A stretch of 51,724 bases of DNA from Candidatus Borrarchaeum weybense (GCA_019057385.1 JAHQJS010000001.1:1-51724), one strand, 5' to 3'; shown: positions 1 through 9,217, counted from the stretch's first letter. Notes: generated by a model not told the origin, from the sequence alone. Made by a program: numbers and translations.

Positions 1-104
1 GGGAGCAAGGTTTGCATACTTTGGGCGACTCAGGACTGTTGCTGCTATCGCCAAGCAGTTTGAACTGAGCAGAGTATGGGTAAGTTCAATTCTTACCATC
101 TCCA
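1..104 (+). ncRNA. 3' part of a tRNA-like RNA (tmRNA 3' end or atypical tRNA), truncated by the window edge
   Basis: T-arm GTAAG-TTCAATT-CTTAC followed by acceptor-type 3' strand CATCTCC-A. Upstream is a long hairpin (CATACTTTG/CAGAGTATG, CTCAG/CTGAG) rather than a normal anticodon arm. Confidence 0.4.
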
Positions 105-106
105 TT

Positions 107-176
107 CTACGTGTAGCTCAGTTTGGTTAGAGCCCGTCTGCAGCGGAGGTCGCAGGTTCAAATCCTGCCGCGTAGA
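107..176 (+). tRNA. atypical or pseudo tRNA with shortened anticodon arm (loop centred on TGC)
   Basis: Acceptor CTACGTG/CGCGTAG, D-arm GCTC..GAGC, T-arm GCAGG-TTCAAAT-CCTGC. Only 13 nt (CCGTCTGCAGCGG) where 18 are expected. Confidence 0.6.
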
Positions 177-180
177 GCCG

Positions 181-253
181 CCGGGTGTAGCTCAGTTGGC
201 AGAGCAGCCGGCTTTTAACCGGCAGGCCGCAGGTTCGATTCCTGCCACCCGGA
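181..253 (+). tRNA. tRNA-Lys(TTT), CCA not encoded
   Basis: Full cloverleaf: CCGGGTG/CACCCGG, anticodon arm GCCGG-CTTTTAA-CCGGC, T-loop TTCGATT. Confidence 0.95.
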
Positions 254-404
254 TTATATGACCAGAAATAGGAGATATGATGTGTGAGGAAATTTATCAA
301 ACTGCTGTTTGTGATACAACTAATTTAGGTTTGTTTCTTACCATTCAAAATGTTCTAAAAGCGAATGGTTTACATATTTGCAAAGTTATTGATTAATTTG
401 GATT

Positions 405-438
405 GCGGGTAGTTCGTCCTACCTACCCGCTTTCCTTT
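405..438 (+). terminator. probable intrinsic terminator
   Basis: 8-bp stem GCGGGTAG/CTACCCGC followed by TTTCCTTT. Confidence 0.55.
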
Positions 439-692
439 CGAAAGGAATATAAATGAATTATTTTATAATGTTTTACTTGATAATTTATTCTCTTGTATGG
501 ATTATTCCATGGTATTATAGAGACTTGTTAACACTAAAGAAGCCTCAAGGTTGGGATGGACCAGTTCCTGGAGGCTGGTGGGAAGTATGGTAAGAAATAT
601 GCTAAATGAAGATTATTTAGATATTGAAGCCAGTCTGAATCAGTTAAATTCAGAGCAGCTTAAGATTTTGGCGCTTGGATAAATGAAAACAA

Positions 693-1319
693 ATGAATTA
701 TACCGAAGCCAAATTTTTATATCCACCAAGACCAGTTCGTTCCGTTCTACCCGCTATGTTGGGTTTTTACGAAAAGAAAGGCTATTGGGCTCAGATTAAA
801 AAGAATGGTACTTGCTCGATTTTAGGTGTTGGCCCAAGAGGCGAGATATATACTCAAAATCGCCATGGCGAAGATCATCGCTTGTGGAAGCCGAGTAAGG
901 AGAGCCTTAAGCCATTCAAAAGTTTAGCAAATGGCAAATGGCATGTTTTTGTAATCGAAGTTATGGATGCGAAAACACCAAATATCAAGGACACGATTTA
1001 CGTTCATGACATAATCGTTCACAATGGAGTAATCCTTGAAGGTTCGACATTTGCCGAACGCCAGGAACTTTTACAAAAGATATTCTCAAATCGAACTGAG
1101 GGAGGTTTTGGATATGAGAAAGTAACAGATAAAGTCTGGTTAGCCATATTGATAAAGAGCGGGTTTCAATCAATTTTCAATAGCATTGAAGACCCGAAAG
1201 TGGATGAAGGACTCGTCCTAAAAGATCCGAATGGAAAACTTGAACCCATGTGGCGAGAAGGTTCTAATTCCAGATGGCAGGTTAAGTGCCGCAAGCCGCA
1301 TGAAAATTATGGGTACTGA
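693..1319 (+). CDS. ATP-dependent ligase/capping-enzyme superfamily nucleotidyltransferase, adenylation domain only
   Basis: Motif I QIKKNG, motif IIIa-like YVHDI, motif IV DEGLVLK, motif V WQVKCRK. No OB-fold C-terminal domain. Confidence 0.75.
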   Translation: MNYTEAKFLYPPRPVRSVLPAMLGFYEKKGYWAQIKKNGTCSILGVGPRGEIYTQNRHGEDHRLWKPSKESLKPFKSLANGKWHVFVIEVMDAKTPNIKDTIYVHDIIVHNGVILEGSTFAERQELLQKIFSNRTEGGFGYEKVTDKVWLAILIKSGFQSIFNSIEDPKVDEGLVLKDPNGKLEPMWREGSNSRWQVKCRKPHENYGY

Positions 1320-1357
1320 AATCAAGACGTGTATGAGAAAAATGTAGAGGTGAGATT

Positions 1358-1660
1358 ACGTCTTTAGAAGTAGTTAAACTTAAAAATGGTGCCGAAGAGG
1401 CGAAACCGCTCGTTGCTATTATAATGGCAGCCATAAACAGGCTTTTGGAAGACCCGATGGGCGGAGGCATTGTGGCATATGAATTAGTAATGAAATGCCG
1501 TGATAAAAACCATCAACTTTTCGGCAACACCGGCGAGAGACTCAAAAAGCTTAGATTGATAGAAGAGGATGGCTCAATACACGGTTCCATCCGAAATATC
1601 GTCCTGTCATCTGCAGAGGGTGAAGGATTGGAGATGACATTCAAAAGTCCAGTGGCATAG
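1358..1660 (+). CDS. hypothetical phage protein (ATG at 1424; possible ACG start at 1358)
   Basis: The frame is open upstream of 1424 with protein-like SLEVVKLKNGAEEAKPL; SD GAGGTG lies 5 nt before ACG. Confidence 0.55.
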   Translation, partial: TSLEVVKLKNGAEEAKPLVAIIMAAINRLLEDPMGGGIVAYELVMKCRDKNHQLFGNTGERLKKLRLIEEDGSIHGSIRNIVLSSAEGEGLEMTFKSPVA

Positions 1661-1686
1661 GTGCTCAAAATGAAATAGAGCGAGAA

Positions 1687-1989
1687 ATGAATCGGATCGC
1701 AAGCCGGAATGATTGCCCAGGAAAACGCAGGAAGAGAAAGAAGAAACCGAAGCTATTATTCAAGCGGCAGGAGCTGATAATTGTAACTGAGGATCATGGT
1801 GGCTATGAAGCTGGCATGTGTGTACTATGTGGTTCTTCAGGATGGATTGATAACATAGAGCACAGAGCAGGCTGCTTACTGGCCGATCCTGAAGTCAAAG
1901 AGGTTCAACTTGTAGGAATTAAAGAAACAGACAAGGCTACGGCAGAAACTTTGGAAATAGCCCGAATTAAAACTAAGGATAGAAAATGA
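1687..1989 (+). CDS. hypothetical Cys/His zinc-binding protein
   Basis: CVLC..HRAGC; fits the + strand gene run. Confidence 0.5.
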   Translation: MNRIASRNDCPGKRRKRKKKPKLLFKRQELIIVTEDHGGYEAGMCVLCGSSGWIDNIEHRAGCLLADPEVKEVQLVGIKETDKATAETLEIARIKTKDRK

Positions 1990-2164
1990 CAGTACAAGAT
2001 CTTGAGATCATCCTATCTGAAGTTAAAGATAAGAGCATTCCTGTGATATTCTCGACTTTTTCAATGCATGAGGTTGAGGATATTCAAGTGGAGTTTGCAC
2101 CAAAAGACAACGAGTGGCACGAGAGATTGTGTTGTAATATCCGCTTTGGGGTATAGTTACGGAC

Positions 2165-3244
2165 ATGAGACGTGGTCAATATCATAATAATGAATCAAAG
2201 GCGAAAATGAAAAAAGCCAAATCAGGCGAGAATAATCCTATGTTTGGAAGACATCATAGTAAAGAGACCATTCAAAAGATTAAAGCGAAAAGTTCAGGCT
2301 GGCATCATACCAAAGAGGCTATAGCTAAAATGAGGAAAGCCAAACTTGGTACTCATCTTTCTGATGAAACCAAAGCTAAGATCAGCAAGGCGTTTTTAGG
2401 AAGAAAGGTTTCTGATGAAACAAGAAGAAAAATGAGAGAAGCTCAACTAAGAGAGAAAGGTTCTGGATGGAAAGGAGGAATCGGTAATCGTCCGTATCCA
2501 GTAGAATTTGATTACAATCTAAAAACTTTAATTAGAGAAAGAGATAACAATACATGTCAACTTTGTGGGAGGACAAAAAAGGAGGAAGGCAGAAATCTCT
2601 GTGTTCATCATATTGATTATGTGAAAGAAAACTTAGATCCTAAAAATTTAATAACTCTATGCAACAGATGTAATGGTAAAGTAAACGTGTATCGGGGATA
2701 CTGGATGAATCACTTCACATCAAAATATCCTAGTACAAACAAGATGTTACGTCTTGCAAATATGATGAACGGACTCGTATATTATCCGTATCTTGATGTC
2801 TGCTACTTTCAGAGTAATTATGGACATCACGCTGCGGATGGTTATTTTAGAATTGATGCAGTACCATTCCAAGCTGTGATACACCTACTCAAGGGTGGAA
2901 GTATAACAATTGTTGACGCCACCAGGAAGAATAAACCTCTTTCCGATGGGCTTAGATTTGGTGTACCAACTTGGTGTATAGTTTTCAATAGAGCACTTAA
3001 CTTCAAAGGCTCTCGCCATATAAAAGTGTGCGGCTGGCAAACGCCTGAGATGAAAGGTGTAGCATTAAGTAGTAAGCATAGATCCTTGGTTCGAACTATC
3101 CGCAAATTGGTTAAGATTTATGGATACAAAAAGCCAGCTGTCATCGGAGAAAACATTTTTGTGGAGTGCCATCAAGGAGCTGATTTTGATGACAAGCCCA
3201 AAAGATTAAGAGAGATTATTGAGAAAGAATTTTGTTTTTCCTAA
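2165..3244 (+). CDS. NUMOD3-repeat HNH homing endonuclease fused to an unknown C-terminal domain
   Basis: Repeats HSKETIQKI, HTKEAIAKM, HLSDETKAKIS, VSDETRRKM. HNH core CQLCG..VHHIDY..NLITLCNRCN. Unrelated ~165-aa tail from M at 2744. Confidence 0.8.
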   Translation: MRRGQYHNNESKAKMKKAKSGENNPMFGRHHSKETIQKIKAKSSGWHHTKEAIAKMRKAKLGTHLSDETKAKISKAFLGRKVSDETRRKMREAQLREKGSGWKGGIGNRPYPVEFDYNLKTLIRERDNNTCQLCGRTKKEEGRNLCVHHIDYVKENLDPKNLITLCNRCNGKVNVYRGYWMNHFTSKYPSTNKMLRLANMMNGLVYYPYLDVCYFQSNYGHHAADGYFRIDAVPFQAVIHLLKGGSITIVDATRKNKPLSDGLRFGVPTWCIVFNRALNFKGSRHIKVCGWQTPEMKGVALSSKHRSLVRTIRKLVKIYGYKKPAVIGENIFVECHQGADFDDKPKRLREIIEKEFCFS

Positions 3245-3289
3245 AAAGACATTATACTTTAAATATACGAACTTTTTAGGAGGATTCAC

Positions 3290-3688
3290 ATGCTGTTACA
3301 AAAACTCGTTCATGTAGATAATCCGATAGAGAAAATCCAAGCTCTCAAATATATTGAAGAGTATTCTGGGCATGGTAATGAAATTCCAAAGCCTATTAAA
3401 GAATGTGATGTTTCGGAGATGCTATGGCATCTCAACATCTATTCGCCAAAATACAAAGGCTACGTACAAGGTAAACTTGATGGAAAGTGGATATCATTAA
3501 CTATTCTCTTCTTCGATGATAAAGCTTATGCCTTTGATGCAAGATGTGAGTATGGGATAAAAGTCAAATGCTATCGAATAGGATGCGAACATGATTGGGA
3601 AGAAACTCCAAATAGGGTTGGACGATGTTATCATACTTATAAATGTAAGAAATGTGAGCAAGAAAAAGCGTATGATTCTTCTGATTAG
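3290..3688 (+). CDS. hypothetical protein with C-terminal zinc ribbon
   Basis: SD AGGAGG; CEHDW..YKCKKC. Confidence 0.7.
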   Translation: MLLQKLVHVDNPIEKIQALKYIEEYSGHGNEIPKPIKECDVSEMLWHLNIYSPKYKGYVQGKLDGKWISLTILFFDDKAYAFDARCEYGIKVKCYRIGCEHDWEETPNRVGRCYHTYKCKKCEQEKAYDSSD

Positions 3689-3851
3689 GAGGTTCAAATG
3701 AACAAGAAAATATAATCATGGTATTGATTTTAGGTTTGGTTGCATGGTTTTTGCTTACTCTATGTTTGACTACAATGTGTAGAAGATTTGAGAAAACCCG
3801 ACTCGGCCAGAAAGTATCCTACTACTTGAGCGAACCAAATGAGGCACAAAA

Positions 3852-4475
3852 ATGAACGAAATAGCTTTCGAAGTTTATAAGGATACGATAATACTTTGCT
3901 TCGAATGTGGCTGTGTTGGATTGGTCATAGGTTTCATCTTAAAAAAGGAAAAAGAAATGACAGAAGAAAGATTAATTGAAATTTTAAAAGCTGATTATAG
4001 TTATGATCGAGATGATCGAAGAGATAGAGTATTTGAAGGACTAAAAATTGTCAAGAAGTACCTTCCGGATAAGGATGCTGTTGAAGCAGCAGAGCATGAT
4101 GAAATATTTTCTGCACCACTAAGTAGTTTGGCTGAAGCAGGAATTACTGAAGAGGATGCGAAGCTGCTAAGAAGTTTAGGATGGAGAGTTGATGACTTCG
4201 GCGAAGGGCTTGCTCATTTTGTATATAACCTGACCGAAGAAGAAATTCTGAAGATTCTTAAAAGTGATGGAGGACATATCGACTATCTTTATCTTAGCGG
4301 TGCGGTGAGGTTGTGGCCAGGTAATATAAGCATAAAGTTTAGTCAATTTGATGCATTGAGGAAAAAAGGTATCATCGATTTAGATTCAAAACACTGGCAA
4401 GGTTGTATGGCTTATTGCAATAACACAAAATATGATACTTATAAATTGGTGGAGAATCAAAATGAAAAAGCTTAG
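3852..4475 (+). CDS. hypothetical protein, probably a fusion of 2-3 small phage ORFs
   Basis: Internal repeated start-like segments MTEERLIEILKAD and LTEEEILKILKSD. Confidence 0.55.
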   Translation: MNEIAFEVYKDTIILCFECGCVGLVIGFILKKEKEMTEERLIEILKADYSYDRDDRRDRVFEGLKIVKKYLPDKDAVEAAEHDEIFSAPLSSLAEAGITEEDAKLLRSLGWRVDDFGEGLAHFVYNLTEEEILKILKSDGGHIDYLYLSGAVRLWPGNISIKFSQFDALRKKGIIDLDSKHWQGCMAYCNNTKYDTYKLVENQNEKA

Positions 4476-4937
4476 AAAAGGCGATATATCAATCGGAAGA
4501 GTATCATGCGGTGGGCAGGAGCCAGACTATATACATATGGAGATTGAGGATAACACTTCGCGAGTTACTTTTCTCGAGATAAAAATGGATTTTGAAACCT
4601 TTGCAAAAGTCATTACCGGTCAATCCTCTCTTCCTATAGAATTCGAAGTCCGGAATTTGGATAAAATCGGAAAAAGGTTTGAGCACAAAACTGAAGAGGT
4701 GCCCGTCGCGTTAACAAATGGATTTATAGACGATGACCAAATCGACGCTGCTGTTGGGTATCACGAAATGGATGGATAGGAAGTAGGAAGGATTGCAAAA
4801 ATCATCATAGATTTTTGCATCGAGAAAACCTAAGAGGCATAGATCATGATATATACTCAGTAGGATATGTTCGCTGGGTTGATGTTGAGGATGAGGAGGA
4901 TGAAGAAGAAGCTCAAAAAACATTATTGTGCAACTGA
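4462..4937 (+). pseudogene. hypothetical protein with frameshift at ~4770-4779
   Basis: SD GGAG then MKKLRKG... stops at TAG within ATGGATGGATAG; protein-like continuation WIGSRKDCKNHHRF..VRWVDVEDEE in another frame. Confidence 0.55.
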
Positions 4938-5066
4938 TACTTCTATAACTCCTTGTGGACGGCAATGGCAGTATCATCTTCGAATATCCTCCGTACCAGA
5001 CAGAAGAAGTATCAACTGTATTCCATGTAGCAATTGGATTAAAAGGAAGAGGGAGGCGAAAAGAGC

Positions 5067-5492
5067 ATGATAAACTTTATGTGGATGCTTAGACAAGCTA
5101 TTTGCGAGATGTTTGACCTTCATGCCGGAACATGGCAAAGCGGCCAGCCTGCTGAAAAAACTTTTGGTCTTCCAATGAGAAGCGCTTTATTAATCCACTT
5201 TACTTTGAAGAAGAAAAAAGTAAAGATGCTAATTCATGCTCCTGCTAACTATGTGGGCGTATACATTAAGGATGGTAAATCCTGGAAATGCGTAGGCTAC
5301 CATGATAGTTGTTGGAGGAATACCGTGGAACGATTTTTATCCGAGCATCAAGAGGACATTCATTTTGATTGGTTTTCTGGTAAGCCCATCTTTAAGATAG
5401 AGAAGAAATTAACGAATTCAATTCATGTTGTAGAATTGGATGATACTCAAATAGCCGGCCTTAGAGAAGTTAGAAAAGAGAAAGGTTTGTGA
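5067..5492 (+). CDS. hypothetical protein
   Basis: 141-aa ORF with ATGA overlap and upstream GGAGG. Confidence 0.6.
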   Translation: MINFMWMLRQAICEMFDLHAGTWQSGQPAEKTFGLPMRSALLIHFTLKKKKVKMLIHAPANYVGVYIKDGKSWKCVGYHDSCWRNTVERFLSEHQEDIHFDWFSGKPIFKIEKKLTNSIHVVELDDTQIAGLREVRKEKGL

Positions 5493-5695
5493 TGTCAAAC
5501 TTGAATAAAAATTTATGTTTTAGATGCTCTAAAACCGAATGCCCAGGATGGCATACCTTCGAGGCTATGATTGGCCCGACAATATACTGTCCAAAGTTTA
5601 GGTCGGTATCTTTTTGGGAAAGACGTGGAGTATCTATTTTCTTAGTTATGACTTTTATTATCATTGGACTTCTTTGGTGGATATTCCAGATATGA
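5489..5695 (+). CDS. small membrane protein with Cys motif
   Basis: CFRC..C..C and a C-terminal hydrophobic helix. Confidence 0.5.
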   Translation: MMSNLNKNLCFRCSKTECPGWHTFEAMIGPTIYCPKFRSVSFWERRGVSIFLVMTFIIIGLLWWIFQI

Positions 5696-5867
5696 AGGAT
5701 GATAGAACAGTTAGCGGGCGAATTCCATCTAAGCCAGAGTTCCAGTTCACTCGAACTCCCAAACAGAAATTACTGCCTCATCAGAGGCAAATGATAAACA
5801 TAATACTCCAAAAGAATTTTGCTGAGTTGGAGATGAGAATAATCGAAAATCAAATTAGAGGGGTAAA

Positions 5868-6245
5868 ATGAATTATCCAGATAAGAAACCGCAGAAGCAG
5901 ATTTTAGCCACGGAAGAGGATGTAAGGCGTCTCGCAGAGAAAATTGATAATTCTTTTTCACTATGCAGTTTCATGGGCAAAGCTGAGAAAGAATACATGG
6001 TAGCGTACAACATTACATCTTGTGTCAACAACCTTGACAATCCTGAGTATGGTAAGTTAGTTTCTTTCAAAGGAAATGTCAGTTCAACTCATGACAACTG
6101 GACTTCGTATCAGTATCTTATCGAAGAAGGTTTCTTTGTTGAGGACACCTTTCAGGACAAAATTGTTGTACTACCGACACAGAAATTAATCAACAAACTT
6201 GACCGCTACTTCAACAGAGAAAAAGAATTCGCAGATTTAAGATGA
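5868..6245 (+). CDS. hypothetical protein, paralog of 6254-6607
   Basis: Shared C-terminal pattern LIEEGFFVED..PTQKLINKLDRYF. Confidence 0.7.
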   Translation: MNYPDKKPQKQILATEEDVRRLAEKIDNSFSLCSFMGKAEKEYMVAYNITSCVNNLDNPEYGKLVSFKGNVSSTHDNWTSYQYLIEEGFFVEDTFQDKIVVLPTQKLINKLDRYFNREKEFADLR

Positions 6246-6253
6246 GGTGAAAA

Positions 6254-6607
6254 ATGTCAGAACTGGCAAAAATTGAAGACATACAACAGTTGGCCGCAGT
6301 GATCAAAGATGATTGGACATTGGCTGGAATGTTTCCACATCATGAACAGAATGATTTGGTGGCTCAAACAATCCATGCGTGTAGAATAAACTTTGAGAAC
6401 CATGGCGAACCTTTCTCATTTGTAGCTGAAGATAGTTGCTGGGGCATTCAAGGAGGTGGTATAGCCAACTATGGCGGTTCACTTCATTCATTGATAAGCG
6501 ATGAATACTTCATTGAAGATAAGTGGGAAGGAAAACCGATCCTGCGCGTCACCCAAAAGCTGGTTGACAGGCTGAAAAGGTTTCTCAAAATAGAGGAAAC
6601 AATATGA
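6254..6607 (+). CDS. hypothetical protein, paralog of 5868-6245
   Basis: SD GAGGTG; LISDEYFIED..VTQKLVDRLKRFL. Confidence 0.7.
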   Translation: MSELAKIEDIQQLAAVIKDDWTLAGMFPHHEQNDLVAQTIHACRINFENHGEPFSFVAEDSCWGIQGGGIANYGGSLHSLISDEYFIEDKWEGKPILRVTQKLVDRLKRFLKIEETI

Positions 6608-6614
6608 AGCACAA

Positions 6615-6938
6615 ATGGAAACAAACAAGTGGCATGAATTATCAATGCCAAAATGCAAAACATTGGATGGCGTTGGCGTTGATTGGTGTGATAGCGACGG
6701 TAGAGGAGAAACGATGGAAACAAAAGATGTAAAACAAAAAATAAAGAAGCTTGTGAAGAATATGCTTCGGAAGAATCAAGGGTTGACTTATTGCCGATCT
6801 GAGAAAAGAGGGCAGGGAAAAGCTCCTCGAACAAGTGGTAAGTACTGTACAGTATGCAACTGTAGAATTCGTGGAGAAAACCATGAAGAAGGTACTCATC
6901 ACAACGGCGTCAAAGTTCCACACAGGAGGAGACGATGA
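6615..6938 (+). CDS. basic zinc-finger hypothetical protein (start may be at internal METKDV)
   Basis: CTVC..H..HH motif; ATGA overlap with the next gene. Confidence 0.5.
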   Translation: METNKWHELSMPKCKTLDGVGVDWCDSDGRGETMETKDVKQKIKKLVKNMLRKNQGLTYCRSEKRGQGKAPRTSGKYCTVCNCRIRGENHEEGTHHNGVKVPHRRRR

Positions 6939-7240
6939 AACACTGGGTATTTTGTTTATGCCACTGGTGTAATTTCAAACGCTTGTTGAAGAGACTATGG
7001 AAGAAACGCTGTACCATACACTTTTTGATTATTAAAAGGCCTAAGTTATCCTGCTCCAGAGATTGTCGATACTATGGTTCAGGGCGGGGAATATGTCGGT
7101 TCACTGGTCGGCTTGTAAACGAAAGTCGAGCTTCGGAGTGTGAACTGCGAGAACCTCCGTATCCCATTCCAGAAGTTGTTGATGCTGAGTATCTTAAAAA
7201 AGCTGAAGAAGAAGGAAGAATAAGAATTGTGAGGTATTGA
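6935..7240 (+). CDS. Cys-rich hypothetical protein
   Basis: SD AGGAGG; CxxxC..C..C pattern. Confidence 0.55.
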   Translation: MKHWVFCLCHWCNFKRLLKRLWKKRCTIHFLIIKRPKLSCSRDCRYYGSGRGICRFTGRLVNESRASECELREPPYPIPEVVDAEYLKKAEEEGRIRIVRY

Positions 7241-7564
7241 ATGCGCACTCTTCTGGGATGATAAGCGAGTGGAGCCACCCAAGTCATTTTCGCTTCTGGT
7301 TGATCAAACACGTGAGCAGTTGTACGATGACTGGAACCAGAATACAAACAAATTTGGTACTATAAAAGAGGAGGAGCAATGACAATATTAATATTTATTC
7401 TCGTATATTGCCTTGGAATGGCCTTCACCTGGAAGACGATATTGGATGCGGCACATCATGCAAACTCGCCTTGCCTCTCAGCGGTATCTTGTCTTATCCT
7501 TTCCATTCTTTGGCCAATAACAATATGGCTTATATTATGCAAAGCTTCAGTATAAGGATGACTA

Positions 7565-8062
7565 ATGAACATAGACTTGAAAGACTATACCACTTTGATT
7601 ACAGAGTACGCGATAGTTGCTCTAAAGAAAGTAAAAAAGCCAACAACATATAATCTGGAGGATTTGTTTAATGAAGGTGTAATAGTTTTCCTTCATGCGA
7701 GAAATGATTACAATCCAGATAGTGAAGCTTCTTTCAAAACATATTTGATAAGACGTCTTGTAGGACATTTCGCAACGCTCGCCAAGAAAACCTGGAAGAA
7801 CCGAGAATGCCGCTATGTTGACCAGAGAACAGCTACAAAAGAGGATTTTGGAGATCCATTCGAAAGAACACACTGCTCCCTCATCCTCCAAGAATTCACC
7901 GAAGAGGAGCTAAACTACATCGAAGCTTTGTTGTCCATAGCCGGTGAAAAGAAAAGATATCGAAGAAGAGCAGCCAGGGAAAAGATGAAGATTAAATACA
8001 CTCGGGAGGTAAAAATAAGGAATAGCATCCATAGCAAAATGGAAAAGTTGAATATTTTATAG
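7565..8062 (+). CDS. sigma70-family (region 2) sigma-factor-like protein
   Basis: LEDLFNEGVIVFLHARNDYNPDSEASFKTYLIRRL matches the region 2 pattern (DL.QEG.igL..A...fDp....F.TYa); degenerate region 4-like C-terminus. Confidence 0.7.
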   Translation: MNIDLKDYTTLITEYAIVALKKVKKPTTYNLEDLFNEGVIVFLHARNDYNPDSEASFKTYLIRRLVGHFATLAKKTWKNRECRYVDQRTATKEDFGDPFERTHCSLILQEFTEEELNYIEALLSIAGEKKRYRRRAAREKMKIKYTREVKIRNSIHSKMEKLNIL

Positions 8063-8081
8063 AAAATTCATGATTTTTTTC

Positions 8082-8119
8082 TTGGAATTTCCTTCAAAAT
8101 ACCTTATAATTTATATATA
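8082..8119 (+). promoter_or_regulatory. conserved phage sigma70-type promoter, copy 1
   Basis: TTGGAA-17 nt-TATAAT followed by TTATATATA; upstream CATGATTTTTTT tract. Confidence 0.8.
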
Positions 8120-8142
8120 AAGGTTAATTGGAGGAATTGGAA

Positions 8143-9075
8143 ATGAGTAGAGATGATTGCCATAGTCCAGCGAATATGGATCCAGCAGATTACAAATATG
8201 TTGGATGGCTTTATCAAGGAAGAAGCGAGTACATTTGGGAGAGCATAAATCTCAGGATTGACAGAGATTTTATTGACCCAGACAAAATACTACGCAGCAA
8301 ACGCCTATTCGATGGCAATTATAAAGCAAAGCGAACCTGCGACTGCTGCGGTGCTGTTTTTGCCTGGGGTTCGGTATATCGACACACACCTTCGAATACA
8401 ATAGTAGTAGTCGGACACATCTGCGCTCGGAAGTTCAACCTGCTCAACAAAGCTGCCTTGATTAGAGTACAAGTTGAAAGGGCAGCTGAAGCAGCAAGAA
8501 AGAGAGCGAAGATTAGAAAAGCTGCTGAAGAGTGGCTTAGTACACATCCTGATTTGGTAGAATTGCTCGGAGACGAAGCAGAGCCAGAGCATCAGATTCT
8601 GAAAAGTTTGAAAAACAACCTTTGGAATTGGGGCAACCTTACAGAACCACAAGCAGCATTAGCCTACAAATTGAAGCAGCAGGAAGAGAGAAGAGAGGAA
8701 ATGAAAGAGCAGTGGGCGGAGGAAGCAAAGAATGCGGAAGATGTACCTACTGGCTCAGGAATTGAAATTACCGGCGTGATACTTAGCGTCAAAACTAAAG
8801 ATGGCCGATATGGCATTGAGTATAAGATGTTAGTCAAGGATGATAGAGGATTCAAAGTTTGGGGCACGCATCCTACTAGTTTATGGGATGGTGGATCAGA
8901 AGGATATAGAGGCCGGAGAGTCAGATTTATTGCTAACGTTCAAAGAAGTAAAGATGATTCAAAATTTGGATTTTTCAAGAGGCCGAGAAAAGCTGAGTAT
9001 ATCGAAGAGGTAAAAGCGTTCTCGGCTGGTACGAAGGCGACTTATTTGAAGATGCTGGCCGTTTCAAATATATAG
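8143..9075 (+). CDS. phage protein with zinc motif and C-terminal OB-fold-like domain
   Basis: CDCCG..VGHIC; C-terminal ITGVILSVK..KMLVKDDRGFKVWGT..FGFFKRP; SD GGAGG. Confidence 0.7.
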   Translation: MSRDDCHSPANMDPADYKYVGWLYQGRSEYIWESINLRIDRDFIDPDKILRSKRLFDGNYKAKRTCDCCGAVFAWGSVYRHTPSNTIVVVGHICARKFNLLNKAALIRVQVERAAEAARKRAKIRKAAEEWLSTHPDLVELLGDEAEPEHQILKSLKNNLWNWGNLTEPQAALAYKLKQQEERREEMKEQWAEEAKNAEDVPTGSGIEITGVILSVKTKDGRYGIEYKMLVKDDRGFKVWGTHPTSLWDGGSEGYRGRRVRFIANVQRSKDDSKFGFFKRPRKAEYIEEVKAFSAGTKATYLKMLAVSNI

Positions 9076-9217
9076 TCAAGGAACAGGGATGCTTTTGGTT
9101 GAAAGACGTGACAACACATCGCAAAATTCCTTGTTATGAGACCGTTGATTGGGCAATTCAAAAGATAGGGAATGTATTGGTCAATCCAGATTTAATACTC
9201 AAAATGAAATGGTAAAA

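Noticed and set aside
76-261. ORF 76-261, plus ORF 19470-19721 (-) and most short antisense ORFs in the track
   Set aside because: They overlap tRNAs or well-supported genes on the other strand and lack SD sequences or motifs.
7241-7382. Apparent kissing-hairpin ncRNA (AAGCGA/TCGCTT, TTCTGGTT/AACCAGAA)
   Set aside because: Better explained as a small frameshifted CDS with an SD, a protein-like frame and an ATGA overlap with the next ORF.
8110-8120. Archaeal TATA box / archaeal virus
   Set aside because: TTTATATATA sits behind correctly spaced -35/-10 hexamers, and the sigma-like gene, bacterial-type tRNA-Tyr and mismatched 1:72 initiator tRNA indicate a bacterial host.
9078-9133. Riboswitch upstream of the DNA ligase
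   Set aside because: Only an imperfect hairpin (CAAGGAA/TTCCTTG) with no recognisable aptamer consensus.
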